NCBI GenBank assembly: GCA_030141605.1 | Contig: JAQGDQ010000629.1 | Span: forward strand, 1 to 64,000 | Direction of reading: 5' to 3' | From: Tubiluchus corallicola | Lineage: Eukaryota > Animalia > Priapulida | Length of the DNA: 64,000 nt | Shown: piece by piece, positions 38,331 through 51,067 of the stretch | Layout: the number at the start of each line of letters is the position of its first letter | How positions within the stretch are numbered: position 1 is the stretch's first letter | Position numbers and translations under genes: made by a program | The notes under the pieces: generated by a model | Told to the model about the DNA's origin: nothing | Databases searched by the model: none | Seen by the model: the letters and a program-made list of their open reading frames with translations, nothing else

Positions 38331-39062
38331 AACTTATAACATACAAATTATTGCAAAATGCTGTGGTGTTTATACATACGGTGTGGTATGCTATGAAATA
38401 AGGTAGTTTGAAATTTATTTGTCAGACATTCTTACGTAGACCCAAATAGATAGATAGATAGATACTTTATTTCTGAAAATCAAATTTCCAACATGAGAAT
38501 TACAAACTCGACCCATACCCGATGGTTTTATCAGCGGGCAGAGCTCGGGTAATGATTTCCAGATCATACTAACAATTTGACTCAACATAGGTGCACAAGG
38601 TTGTAAACTCTATGAAGCGAAAAAAACTATTTACTAAGCATTTGTACACATGTGATAAACAAATATTTTACCTACATGATAATCACAGTGATGCGGTTAT
38701 GTGTCCGCTAACAAAACTATGCTATTTAATTCAAAAATCTATGCATACAGTCGTAAATGAAATTTCCAATTGTCATTAATTCTCCATCAAATAAATTTGC
38801 AATATTACTATAATTTAACGCGTACAGTGATCTATAAAGTGCATTTTCATGGTACTCGCACAAAAAATGCTCTTCTGTCTGAATTTCTCCACAAAGACAT
38901 CACCAACTGTACTCTCTGTAGTTCTAGTAACAAATGTTAGACCAGTACTGTAGTACTAATTTTCGAATATTAAAATCTTAAATTTTGAAATAGAATTTAT
39001 TTCCCTGAAAATTTAGAATTCATTTGCCCTGCAAAGACAACTGCCTCCCCCGCCGCTTACGC

Positions 39063-40109
39063 CTATGTTCGTCCTTGTCTACGACAGATAACTGCTTTCA
39101 TTGCACGTCGAAACGTTCCTAATTTTCCCGAGTATACAAACACATTTACAAAAGAGTTGCACATGCCTAGCAGCAAAGTAAAATTCAAAAGTTGAGTTTT
39201 TACTGTTATAAAACACAATTTGTGAAACTCGCAAAGATAATGGAACGGAAACAGTACTAAAAAAGGGAACCAGAATGCTAAATATAGAATAACTGTCATT
39301 CCAAGCGCTTTTGCTATTTTCAACTTTTGTTTTAAATCGTCGCCTGGTGGCGCTCTACTGTGGTTTAAGTTATTCAAAGCAGAAATAGATTTTTGCTGCC
39401 TCACTGCGGCAAGTCCAATGTGAGAGTAAAAAAATACCAACAATGGAATAAAGGTTGCCCCAAATCCCGTGTTTGTGACAAAAATATACGTGCCAAAATA
39501 TCTGGAAAAATGTATACAAGATAATCCTGTGTAGTCGCTTATATAATACGTTATTGCACCTACTACTGTTATAACAATTGTAACAGCCCATGCCAAAACA
39601 ATAGCAACTTTGCCAGTTTTTTGTGTGACCCATCTAGGATAGTGTAACGGGTAAACAATGGCTATATATCTTTCGATCGTTACCGCCATGTACAGTATTA
39701 TGGAACCATAAATGTTAAACACCATTAGGCTAATGACGCATGTGCAGAAGATAATCTTGCATCGAACACCAGCTAGAAATCCCACGAACAGAAGGACCAA
39801 TCCTAGGCCGGTTGATGAATCTGCGACACCCAGATTTGCAATTAAATAGAAAGGCACTTCGTGAAGTGAAGGCGTGTAGATGATTGTTATAAGTATTAAA
39901 AAGTTACCAGTTACAATGCCCGCACCGAGCAATAGATTAACAGAATTGGATATCAAATGAGCTAGGTCATGTTCTAAAACACTTTTGCAGTTCGTATGGA
40001 GCCCAGTGTCATCAAGAGAATATGAAAAATTTGATTTATTGTGCAGCTCTACGCTTATTGAGGAGTTCTTCCATTCTGCAAGTTCCAAGACGTCATCTAG
40101 TTCATCCAT
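39063..40109 (-). CDS. Intronless rhodopsin-class orphan GPCR
   Basis: GNFLIL (TM1), LGVAD (TM2), ERYIAIVYPLHY (TM3), AW (TM4), FWFP (TM6), NSFVNVFVY (TM7). Confidence 0.93.
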   Translation of the reverse strand: MDELDDVLELAEWKNSSISVELHNKSNFSYSLDDTGLHTNCKSVLEHDLAHLISNSVNLLLGAGIVTGNFLILITIIYTPSLHEVPFYLIANLGVADSSTGLGLVLLFVGFLAGVRCKIIFCTCVISLMVFNIYGSIILYMAVTIERYIAIVYPLHYPRWVTQKTGKVAIVLAWAVTIVITVVGAITYYISDYTGLSCIHFSRYFGTYIFVTNTGFGATFIPLLVFFYSHIGLAAVRQQKSISALNNLNHSRAPPGDDLKQKLKIAKALGMTVILYLAFWFPFLVLFPFHYLCEFHKLCFITVKTQLLNFTLLLGMCNSFVNVFVYSGKLGTFRRAMKAVICRRQGRT

Positions 40110-40626
40110 TTTTCACGACGTCTTGTCAGTCCTGGTTTATTTCCATTTTAATCTGAAAATAATTTATTTCATAACTTATTATACAGTTGCTTGAGAGAAG
40201 GAGAGAGGGTGAGATAGTGAGAAAGAGAGAGAGAGAGAGTGATTATTTGAAAATTATTACTTAACTGGTGGACTTTATTAGTTTTCGTAAGTGTGTCATG
40301 GATTACTGTAAGCACACTGCATAAATTAATCCAAAGTTGTGGCAGCTTTCCTAGTCTGCATACTAAAATATCACGAAATAAGCTATCAATTATTTCGCAA
40401 AAACTTGTTAGACTTGTGACAGAGATTGACAGTGAGCTACTGACGTCAGTACAATAATTGACGTCATTGGAGGAAGAATGGGCGTTCAAAGCGGGCGCAC
40501 TCAAGCGTGAAATGATCGCTTTAAAGTGATTTTACTAACTGCACAAGGCGCTTATTGCTCTTCTATTGCTGCAGTTCTTTTAATAGTTGTGGTTTAATTT
40601 CTGGTTTAATCAGTATGCATTTGCTT

Positions 40627-40629
<3 letters not shown>

Positions 40630-40702
<73 letters not shown>
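40630..40702. repeat. (GA)n microsatellite
   Basis: Direct reading. Confidence 0.95.
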
Positions 40703-40707
<5 letters not shown>

Positions 40708-41451
40708 TAGATTGAGTGAGAGGGTGATTTTTCTCGAATGACTGTACTCAGCGCCTGTTACACAAAAAAGAACTTTAGGTATTCTTTATGGGAAAATAGG
40801 TTTCAATGTAATCTAAGGCTAAATAAGAAATATAATTATTTAATCCATTAAAATAGCTTGCAAATATTTAAAATATTTAATATAATTAATAAATAAAATA
40901 AAAATAAATTTTAAAAATTCAGAGTAAAATTAATTAACATAATTAAGAAATAGAATTATTTTGATGTAATATATATATTTTTATAACTTACGTTTGTGTC
41001 GCTCAGAAAAAGTTGCTTTATCTTTTACAAACATTTTTGCTAGAATTTTTTTTCAAATTCAGGAAAATATGATTTTAACAGATCAGTTGTTGAGACTGAC
41101 AGTGTTCCGAATTCTCAACACTTGGAAATCGCGAGCTACAATCTTTATAAACTTCGCGTGCGCAGCAACACGAGACCTAAAATGCCTCTGTTCACAGGCT
41201 AACTTTCCTTATTCTGTTTAAGGCGTAAGACCGATTGCTAAGCAAATGTCATTTTGCCGATGAATAGATTGACTGTTTGATGCAGGTAAATGGAAGCCAA
41301 ACATTGCTTAACGTTTGCTTTGATTGCGTTTTCACTGAAAGGTGACTGAATAAAATGGCGCCGACCAACATGGCACAAAAGCGGCAATGTGCATCGGTTT
41401 TTACGAATTTTGAAACGTGACTAATAACAATAGAGGGCGTAATAATACATA

Positions 41452-41630
41452 CTAGCGAAGGCCCCGCAAAAAAATTTGTGTATAAATCCACTTATAATCA
41501 AAAATGCGCGAACATTTTACCTAGTGTTTGTTGTTTATCTAACGCAACGGTGGACGTGTCCTAAAATATAGCTCATCGTGTAGCCCTGTTCTTCCTCTTT
41601 CTAAAGAGCTATGTATCTCCTTCCGAGAGT
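41452..41630 (-). mobile_element. Internally deleted Helitron copy 3
   Basis: actagcgaaggccccgcaaaaaaatttgtg... and ggtggacgtgtcctaaaatatag are shared with copy 2. Confidence 0.7.
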
Positions 41631-42019
41631 TTGACGATTTTTAAACAAAAGTCTGTTCACATGTTATGGAGCTACTGGTTGTGTATTAAAGCTCCTTTCA
41701 CATTCGTTTTACGATTATATATTTTTTCATGAAATGTGAGAAAATTCAGATTGCACGTAACACGACCACTAGTTTTTAAAGTTTAATCGAGCAACGTACC
41801 TTTCTATGACTTTAAAAAAATTAGAAAATTTGTTAATAAATTTTGTTTTATTTTTGTGAAATTTTATTAACACTAAGTGTCTAGGATTGCTGACATTACG
41901 ACAGGGTGCAACTTATACTCCATATACAAATTATAATTCCTTTTATAGGGATTTGTCACTTTTGTATATTAGTTTCACGTCTTCCATAAATTCTTAAAGC
42001 TGATCATAAGTTGACTAAG

Positions 42020-42514
42020 TTAACTAAACGCCTTTAGTTCTGCCTTTTGTAGAATGTTCCCCAAGAGAGTCCGATCCTTCAACGTGTCCAGGGCGCACGC
42101 CTGGGCAAGGTGTATGGAGATCCTGAGTTGCCCAAACCGCAGGAAGCCCCTCTCTTCCTCGCTGGTGTAGTCCAAAGGAAAGCGGAGCGATACGTCTGGC
42201 ACCAGGTTGCCTGCAGGAGCTGCCGGAGTCAGTGAGCATGCTGCACTGGTCCACCTTCAGGGCTCCACTCCTGATCTGGAAAGTTTACTCCTCTACACAT
42301 GGCCGTTGGGTCACTTGACCTCCTCCGCCCTCTAGCCGTTGGCTGCTTGTGCAGCTCCTCCGCCTAGTGTGGAGATATAGTGTGGGCATCCCGCAAGCCT
42401 ACAGCACCTGGTGTTGCTAGGCGGTCACCAATCCAGACGCTAACCAGGCTCTACGCTGCTTAACTTCGGTTATCAGACAAGAACCGGTGTTTTCAACGTG
42501 ATTTGGCCGTAGTC
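42020..42514 (-). mobile_element. 5S rRNA-derived SINE (SINE3-like): 5S head 42514-42395 plus ~375-bp GC-rich body
   Basis: The head matches animal 5S along its length but has substitutions in the internal control region and no oligo-T terminator. It runs directly into a GC-rich body. Confidence 0.75.
42395..42514 (-). pseudogene. 5S rRNA pseudogene / SINE head (120 nt)
   Basis: GACTACGGCCAAATCACGTTGAAAACACCGGTTCTTGTCTGATAACCGAAGTTAAGCAGCGTAGAGCCTGGTTAGCGTCTGGATTGGTGACCGCCTAGCAACACCAGGTGCTGTAGGCTT. Confidence 0.88.
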
Positions 42515-42763
42515 ATGCGTGATTTAGTTATGCCTATAGGATTCTTATTCTAGGATAGCATATAGTCCGATTCGTTTGATATCTGATCAATTTTTTTAGA
42601 TTTTTGTGGTATCAGTACTTTCATAAATTACCTGGCAACTAACGATAGCGTTAATTAATTATTACTGTGCTTGCCAGAAGTTTTATGAACCTTTACGCTT
42701 CATTTTCCCAATTATCACCCATTGCGCGGGTAACAAGTAGAAGAAAAGAGGCACTGAAAAATT

Positions 42764-42835
42764 GTGGAGCTAGTCGGGATTTGAACCCGAGACCTGGGAT
42801 TAGTACTTCCATGCTCTAGCACCAGCCCAGCACGA
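42764..42835 (-). mobile_element. tRNA-derived SINE head / tRNA pseudogene
   Basis: TGGTGCTAGAGCA (D arm-like), T arm TCGGGTTCAAATCCCGA, ...AGCTCCA; the acceptor stem is not intact. Confidence 0.55.
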
Positions 42836-43457
42836 TACAGTAGCCCTAAGAGTTTTTTAGATTTTTATCGAATATTTATACATTTTGCTTTCGTTAAGTA
42901 CTCGCGGTGTACTTTGTATGGCAAGTATATGCAAATAGAATCTCTCCACCACTTTAAAAAGAAATTAAAAGAATATCAATATAACAGGTTTCAACTTCCA
43001 CATTGTGCATCTGATACTAATTACACAGACGCAACTTTCATCTACCCCCGCCCCTGACTCCATATAACGATTAAAAATGAAATTTTTTAAAAAAAAATTA
43101 TGTAATGTAACACGTGTTATGTTAGTTCGTTAATGTCAAATGTATAAATAGTGTAAATGTAATGAGTGAAATTTATGTAATGTAAAGCATGTTTCTGTTA
43201 ATTGTGTCATGTCAAATGTATATATAGTGTAAAACATGTCATGTAAAATTTTTAATGTACTTTGGTAAAATTGTTTTGTAAAAATATTTTAATATGGTGT
43301 TTGTAAATATGTTCATTTATTGTAGGTTTGCACTTTAGTTTTTGTTTTAGTATGCACTGGACGCATTTGTCTTGAACAGTGTTGTTATTTCAACATAACG
43401 CTGAGGCTTACTCAATTTTATTATAATGAGCGAACCATTTTTATGAAAAATAAAGAA

Positions 43458-43460
<3 letters not shown>

Positions 43461-43501
<41 letters not shown>

Positions 43502-43505
43502 TAAG

Positions 43506-43557
<52 letters not shown>
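43461..43557. repeat. (TA)n microsatellites
   Basis: Direct reading. Confidence 0.9.
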
Positions 43558-43559
<2 letters not shown>

Positions 43560-46500
43560 TATTGCCGATCGTTCCTGCTTATGGTGTGTTGAACAAAAGG
43601 TTGCCAGTTTGCTGTGATCTTTTACATATCAGCTGGTGCAGAAAACTTTATTTGACACACTTGGTACCTAAACGCCTAAATGGTATCGGTAGTACTTGGT
43701 TCGCAAATCTGCGCGTGACGGTCTTCGTGCATGCAATAGAAAGCATAGTGTATCATCAAGTATATGTTGCGAACGTTGTCACGTGTAGTTTCCAAAAGTA
43801 TTACTTCAACTGAAGCGCAAAAGCCCACGAATGTTCACGAAATTAATTTTTGTTCTATTAACTATATTTGCCGCTAACAGAGAGCAGCACGATGACGAAA
43901 GCACGTGCAAGAACGTGAGGTATCTTATAAGCCTGCAGCGTTGTAGACGATTTTCGTTAACAAAGTATCTTATTAATTTTACTGCACGAAGTGTGAGGTT
44001 CTGTGAGGACGGAACAATCTGCAGAAGGTTGTACAGTGAAGCACTTAGAAAAACGAGTTACAAGCATTATTGGGCAAAGAAGTTTCGCCAGGTATCCAGA
44101 TTTGCTAAAATTAGGAACCTAGTCCAGTACTTCAACAATAGTTAAAGTACAAAAACACGTACTTAGGCGTCTTATTTTATTCATACTCCTTTTCGAGTTT
44201 GGAGTGCGTCCTTGGTTTCCTGATTTTTTTAAAATATAGCAGTTTTATAATATTGTACCTCTCTAAGCAGTCATACAGCATTAATTTTTTGATGCAGTGC
44301 CATATTCCATCTCAAAATTTTTGTAGCAGACAAAAAATAAATTATGATGGTAAGTTCAAAGACAAGTTTGTACAAGTGGAAGAAATATGTCATTGATTTT
44401 TTTATACAGTCAACCTTGGGTATAAGGTACTCACTTATAAGGCACATTCGCTTATAAGGGACCACAAACATTGCAATATGAGTGAAAAACCTAGAATTTT
44501 ACATTTACAGGTTTGTGCAGCATTGGAATTTTTTTCATCACAAAAAACTTTCACTCACGAAGTTTTTTATTTTAGGAATGAAATCTTGAGCATACACTAA
44601 ACTGATAAAACAATTTTATTAATTCACCTCTACAGGTTTTTTAATTTGATTGATTTGATTGATTGATTTATCGTTCATTCCAAACTTAAAGTTCACATTC
44701 AGAATACAGTTACAACAATAAATAACCATTCAAGAACACACACAGAAACTCATATAAACACATTTGTAATGACAAATTAATATTCTAGCAGCCAAAGTTG
44801 CTTAGTTGAGTAGCCTCAAGAGTTTAGGTTTGGCAAATTAATATTCTAAAGGCTAAAATTGTTTACTGAGTATTGTTATAAGAGCAGGTATTCTATTGGT
44901 GCTGAATTAACATGAAAAAGAACAACATAATAATTCAAACAAATAAATTCAATTCTCGCACAGCCTGTCCACGTACACAGTGAGTTGGTCGAGGGTGGTG
45001 TGCTGTCCTTTATTCTGTCTATGTAGCATCTCTTTATTTCTCATCAACTATGCCACGTCATATAGGATCTTCATTATTTTTTTATTTTATTTTTTACAAC
45101 TTTATTCTTTCTTCTTTTTTAATAAAAAAAGCCGTGTCTCCAGAAATGACAAAATGTTCAAATTATTGTTTAACGATGTTTCAAATTATTATAACATTAA
45201 TAAAGCCAATATGACTGTGAGCTATAGTGATGTTACAACGTAAGACATGTAATAATCATTACGGCTTGTTAGGTTTTGTCTATCAACTTTAAAAAATTGA
45301 TTCTTCTAATTTTTTAATCCATAGGTCATTTCCAAACATCGCGTATTCAATTTATTAGACTAAATAATGAAAACGTAATTCCATAATTCATTTCTATTTG
45401 TGGAGAAGTTTCTGAAACTTACCGAATTTTGAGAATACAATAACTTCTCATTCATCTTAATGTTAACCTTGCTATTGGTTTTACTGCTTCATATTAGCCT
45501 GTATTATTCTGGTTTTGCACAGCTGTTAAGTACCATAGTATAAAATAAAATTCTGACATTGCACTTGGTGATTTCCTTGCTAGCAGTCCTCTTAACCACT
45601 TGTTTATTAATATCTTGCAAATTGCTGCAATCTTGTGAAAATCATGATTTTTTCTCTTACTGTGTTTGTATTAAACTTGATAGTTTTGGTTGTAATAGTG
45701 AATAAATTTGTTGTTATTATTGTGGTGGCCACATTTTGCATGATTGTTGAGTTGTTTGGTAATGAATATTTTTTATGTTCATGATTAAGTACTGCAGAAC
45801 AGAAAGACAGACAAATGCAATTATAATCAAAACTAAAATTAAATTAAAATTAAAACGAAATTAAAGTTTTCGATACCATCCATCGTATAAAAAATGCAAA
45901 ATCTGTGGGCAAAATACTTGACTTGATTAACTGCTAATAATGTCATTGTTATTTGAATAAAGTGAACAAAGGCAAAAAATAACAAAAAAATATCAAATTC
46001 AATTCTCTTCGTTTTCGAAGAACAGGCGTGTCACCGGTTTGTACATTGCTCTCCACTTTTCCATTCTGTAACACAATTTGAAACACAACATTGATGGTGT
46101 TGTACATATTAATGCATATGTTGTTAATATTATGCATTGTAATAAATTATTATGATAAAAATTTTCAATGAAACGTACATATCATCTTCAGCCTTCAGAG
46201 CTATGTATATATACATGTCTACTCTTCGATCGTCAAGCCAACTCGATCGTCGATCGTTTCGCTTCTTTGGCCGTCCTGGCCGTCCATGCACGGCACATAG
46301 AGTCTCAATAGCTTCGCCTAAAATGAAAAGGAAAAAAAACTATTCACGAAGATGTGTATGAACCTATTTTAACACTATAATTTATTTAATTACTCATTTG
46401 GTTATTCACTGCCACACACATCAAACACAAACGCAAAAAAGAGGTTCCAATTATACAAGAACATCATAAAACCATACAAGACAGTATTTTTGACGGACAT

Positions 46501-48046
46501 GTATAAGATGTGTAGATTATAGAGTATATATAGTAAATTATCTAGCTGCTTGAATAAACCTACTAGATATCAATGTATCAGCAAACCAACGTTAACAAAC
46601 CAATAAACGTAGCATCACATTACAGGGTTTACAAAAGCTATGGAAAAAAATTACAAATCCGGTGAGTTCCAAAGCCTAATAATATGGATCATATGGCGAA
46701 TTAATGTTCATAGTCAGTGATCTTTGGACCTATTTGACAAATGGATGGGTGACAATCAGAAAATTGTTGTTCTGAGCAGTCTTAAGATCAAGTAAGAAGT
46801 TTAAATAGCAAACATGATATATGCAAAAACAAAAACAGATACCAGTGCGGGATCCTTCACCATAGTTTCCTTCAAGGTCAAGATCCCGCAATGACCTTCT
46901 TTTCCATCTTCCACCACACCTAAATTAATGAGCGCACAATTACACATTAATTGCTGTTAGAAACTGAAATATAAGTTCCTATTCTAATCTAACGACATTC
47001 ATATGCAAACACAGACTAATATGTATGGGCATAACTACATATTACGCACAAGGACCCTTATTTCATAATGGCTTACACACACAAGTACTAGGTTGCCTTT
47101 TGTTCATTCCCGTAATGATTAGCGAGCCAGCTTTCTCTGATGTATAAAACTTTCTACAGGGTGGGCGGGAAATTCTGTCACCTGAAGATGAAGCTGCCCT
47201 GACATATGTGGCTCCATGTGTTGAACGTAAGAACGCAGATTAAGAGTCTGTAACTTCATCATTAAAAATAAAGCAGGAAAGGGAATGATGAAAACGGAAA
47301 ATCTACCAGACTAATAAGGTGTGTGCAACCCATCAAACTCAGCCCAATTTTACTCCTACAGGATTAGAAGTAAATGATAAAGTTCAAACAAGAACTGCAA
47401 CGTCGTGTCAAAATCTGAGTTATAACTCTCATTGCCTAACGAAATGATTCTACATGGTGTCATAACACCTCTCAGGATGAGTTGCACATCCACAATATTC
47501 CATCACTTCGATTTTTAAAACAGACTTCGACTATAGGAGCATTTATCCTAAAGATACCACCAGTTGGTCAATGGCTGCTTAGAATTATAGTAGTTGCTTA
47601 TTAGTTAGAAAAACATACGCGGTTTCTTTACCCAACAGCCCGCCTGGCGTCTGATTCCACCCTCCTAGTCACAGGTTTACGTTAAACATGGTCTTTGGAA
47701 CGGACATACATCGGGCAAGAATCCTTTTTCATATATTAGCAGTATTTAAATATTAAAACAAATCGTGCTTCTTTTAGTTGTCGATACTTACCATAAATAA
47801 ATCAGTATCGATGTTATAACGACTATGGCTATTCCCATAGCAGCAATGCCCAGCTTGTAGGCTGAAAAAGTAAATAATTTAACTTTTATTATAAAATTGA
47901 AATACTCTATTCTTACCGATAGGAGCGTCGGTAATGTGCATTCAAAGTGCTGCAAAACACATCGCAAAGCGCATCATCTGTAACAAGACTATAAGCATTA
48001 AAATTAAGAAAATCAAACTTGGATTATGAGTAATTAATAATTTTTA

Positions 48047-49277
48047 ATGAGTGAGTGAGTGACTGAGTGAGTGAGTAGGTAAGTAAGTAAGTAAGCAAGT
48101 AAGTAAATAGATGATTAGTATATGACTATTACTTTTCACAATTATACTATAATTATATAATTAACTACAGTGGTGGATTACGTACTTTTATTAGTTAGTT
48201 TTTTGTTAGTCAGTCAGTCAGCTAAGAAGGAAGGTAAGTCGGTAAGTAGGTAGGTAGGTAGGTAGGTAGGTAGGTTGGTAAGTAGGCAGGTAGGTAGGCA
48301 GGTAGGTAAGTAGGCAGGTCGATCACTCGTTCGGTTGGTCGATCGGTCGGCAGGTAGGTAGGTTAGGCAGGTAGGTGGCTGGGTGGGTAGGTTTTTAGGT
48401 AGGTAGGCAGGCAGGTAAGTAGGTACGTGGGTAGGTAAATAGGGAGGTAAGTAAGTAGGTAAGCAGGTCGTTAGGTAGGTAGGTAGGTGAGGTGAGGTGG
48501 ATCATTTGGTATATAAATAGTAGGTACCCTAATGTTAAGTAGGTAGGTAGGTAGACAGCAGGTATATAGGTGGGTAGGTAAGTAAGTTAGATAGGTAGGT
48601 AGGTAAGTAGGTAGGTAGGCAGGTCGATCACTCGTTCGGTTGGTCGATCGGTCGGCAGGTAGGTAGGTTAGGCAGGTAGGTGGCTGGGTGGGTGGGTTTT
48701 TAGGTAGGTAGGCAGGCAGGTAGGTAGGTACGTGGGTAGGTAAATAGGGAGGTAAGTAAGTAGGTAAGCAGGTCGTTAGGTAGGTAGGTAGGTGAGGTGA
48801 GGTGGATCATTTGGTATATAAATAGTAGGTACCCTAATGTTAAGTAGGTAGGTAGGTAGGTAGGTAAGTAGTTAGGTAGGTAGGTAGACAGCAGGTATAT
48901 AGGTGGGTAGGTAAGTTAGATAGGTAGGTAGGCTGGTAGGTAGGTAAGTAGGTAGGTAGGCAGGTCGATCACTCGTTCGGTTGGTCGATCGGTCGGCAGG
49001 TAGGTAGGTTAGGCAGGTAGGTGGCTGGGTGGGTGGGTTTTTAGGTAGGTAGGCAGGCAGGTAGGTAGGTAGGTGAGGTGAGGTGGATCATTTGGTATAT
49101 AAATAGTAGGTACCCTAATGTTAAGTATGTAGGTAGGTAGGTAGGTAAGTAGTTAGGTAGGTAGGTAGACAGCAGGTATATAGGTGGGTAGTTAAGTAAG
49201 TTAGAGAGGTAGGTAGGTAAGCAGGTAGCTAGGTAGGAAGGAAAGTATGTAATCAGGTAGGTAGATAGGTAGGTAGC
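48047..49277. repeat. (TAGG)n-derived array with ~310-340-bp higher-order repeats
   Basis: Marker ggtcgatcactcgttcggttggtcgatcggtcgg recurs at ~48317, ~48622 and ~48963. Confidence 0.92.
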
Positions 49278-50852
49278 TGCACCACTTGTACTTCTTAACG
49301 TTTTCACTGCTCAAGTGTGCTGCCCGTTGCCCAAATGTCAGCTGCTAAGTGGCACAGCCTAAGTGTTCACCGCCTGAGTGCCTTCTGCCCAAATGTCATT
49401 CAGCTCATATGTTTGGCTAACACTGGACTGTCATTCACTTCTCAAGTGCCAACTGGCCAAGTGTCCATTGCCTAAATGTCCAATGCGCAGGTGGACTTAT
49501 AACCTGACAGATCAGTAACTGATTTGTAAGTCAATAACTGTTTCGCGCATGCAGTATTCAGGTCACAAAGTTCTCTGCAAGAACAACGTTAGCTTACACG
49601 CAGCTCGGTCATATGAGAGGTAGGGTCCCGCAACGACGCACACCGGTTATGAGGTAAAGCCAATTTTTAGAAGTGACATTTGTGTTGATCAGGCAAACAC
49701 GTGGATTTGTCAGAGCGGAAGTAGGAAGTGAGGGACAAAAACATAATAATTAGCCATTAAGACAGTTGCAGAACTTGTTTGCGCATGTTGGAAAAACGGT
49801 GAACAATTGATATATGCGTGCAGAGTATAAAACTGTAGGTTCAGGCACTCTTTCAGGGTTATTATTAGAATGAAAAAACGTACCTAATATAATCTCCATT
49901 GTAGACGAACCTCTTAAAATAACTTTAGATACGGAGCGAAAACAAAATGTGTCTTTCTCTTTCCTTCGCAATCTAAAACTCGCAGTATCTTGTTTTGTTG
50001 CTATGAAACCTCTCCGGGTTTACAATTATGACGCGAGATCTTAGCGCGTCTCCTGTTTAGGTAACTATAGCAGCAAAACACGGTGACCGACGTAGCCATC
50101 ATAACAGCTTTTATCCAAGCCCAAAGCCTCACACGCGTCTACAGCATTCTGTAGAAGTTATTCCCCGCACTCCCCATGATAAGATTCGTACTTTCTCATC
50201 TTCGATTTTTAATGTAAATTAAACAGCATTGACTTTACCTTAACGTATATATATATATATTGATCGCACATATATTATTTTATGAGAAAGCCCAATCCGA
50301 GCAAAATGTCAGTTTTCTTTTATTTTTATTTTTGCTAACAACAGGAAATATAAGACTGTCGCGTGTAAATGTTTAAGAATATGATGATTTTAATGCTTTG
50401 TGTCCATCTGCCTGATGTAACCAAATGAAGAAATTACAATTAAATATTAAGTGCGCAACGTAATTAACGTAACCATCTGACATATTTAAAGAGGAACGCA
50501 AACTAACTGAAGATCAAATTTCTAATGTATCTCCGGCCGCGAATATTTTAAATACAATAAAAGCAAGAGATTTCTCTTTTTGTACCTTGACTGAATTAAA
50601 TGAAATTTCAACGTTTATGATGGAGGATTAATTATATACAAATAATTGTTTGGTACTTTCAAATATAATTATTAAAGTTAATAATTGTCATTTCTGTCTG
50701 TTTTTTTGTTTTGTTTTCCCGTTGTATAATTTTGTGTGTTATTATATTCATGTATGTATTGTAAATATGTAACTAATTATCTTTGTAAATATACGACAAC
50801 AATGGCGGCCGGCTGCGGTAGGACTACTGGTAGTTGTTCGTACGTTGGAAGA

Positions 50853-51067
50853 TGTTATACTGCAAAAGACAAAAGAACAACATTGAAGATCAAAACACTA
50901 CTTGAATAAACACGCATTGTTGCTAGTTGAGGGTCTCGGGTCGAGGGCACAGAGTTAGTGATTGCTGAGGTTATACTGCAAAAGACAAAAGAACAACATT
51001 GAAGATCAAAACACTACTTGAATAAATGCGCATTGTTGCTAATTGAGGGTCTCGGGTCGAGGGCACT
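50853..51067. repeat. Tandem duplication, 116-bp period
   Basis: gttatactgcaaaagacaaaagaacaacattgaagatc...gtcgagggcac occurs twice. Confidence 0.9.

Noticed and set aside
42395-42514. Functional 5S rRNA gene
   Set aside because: Substitutions in conserved positions, no oligo-T terminator, single copy fused to a SINE-like body.
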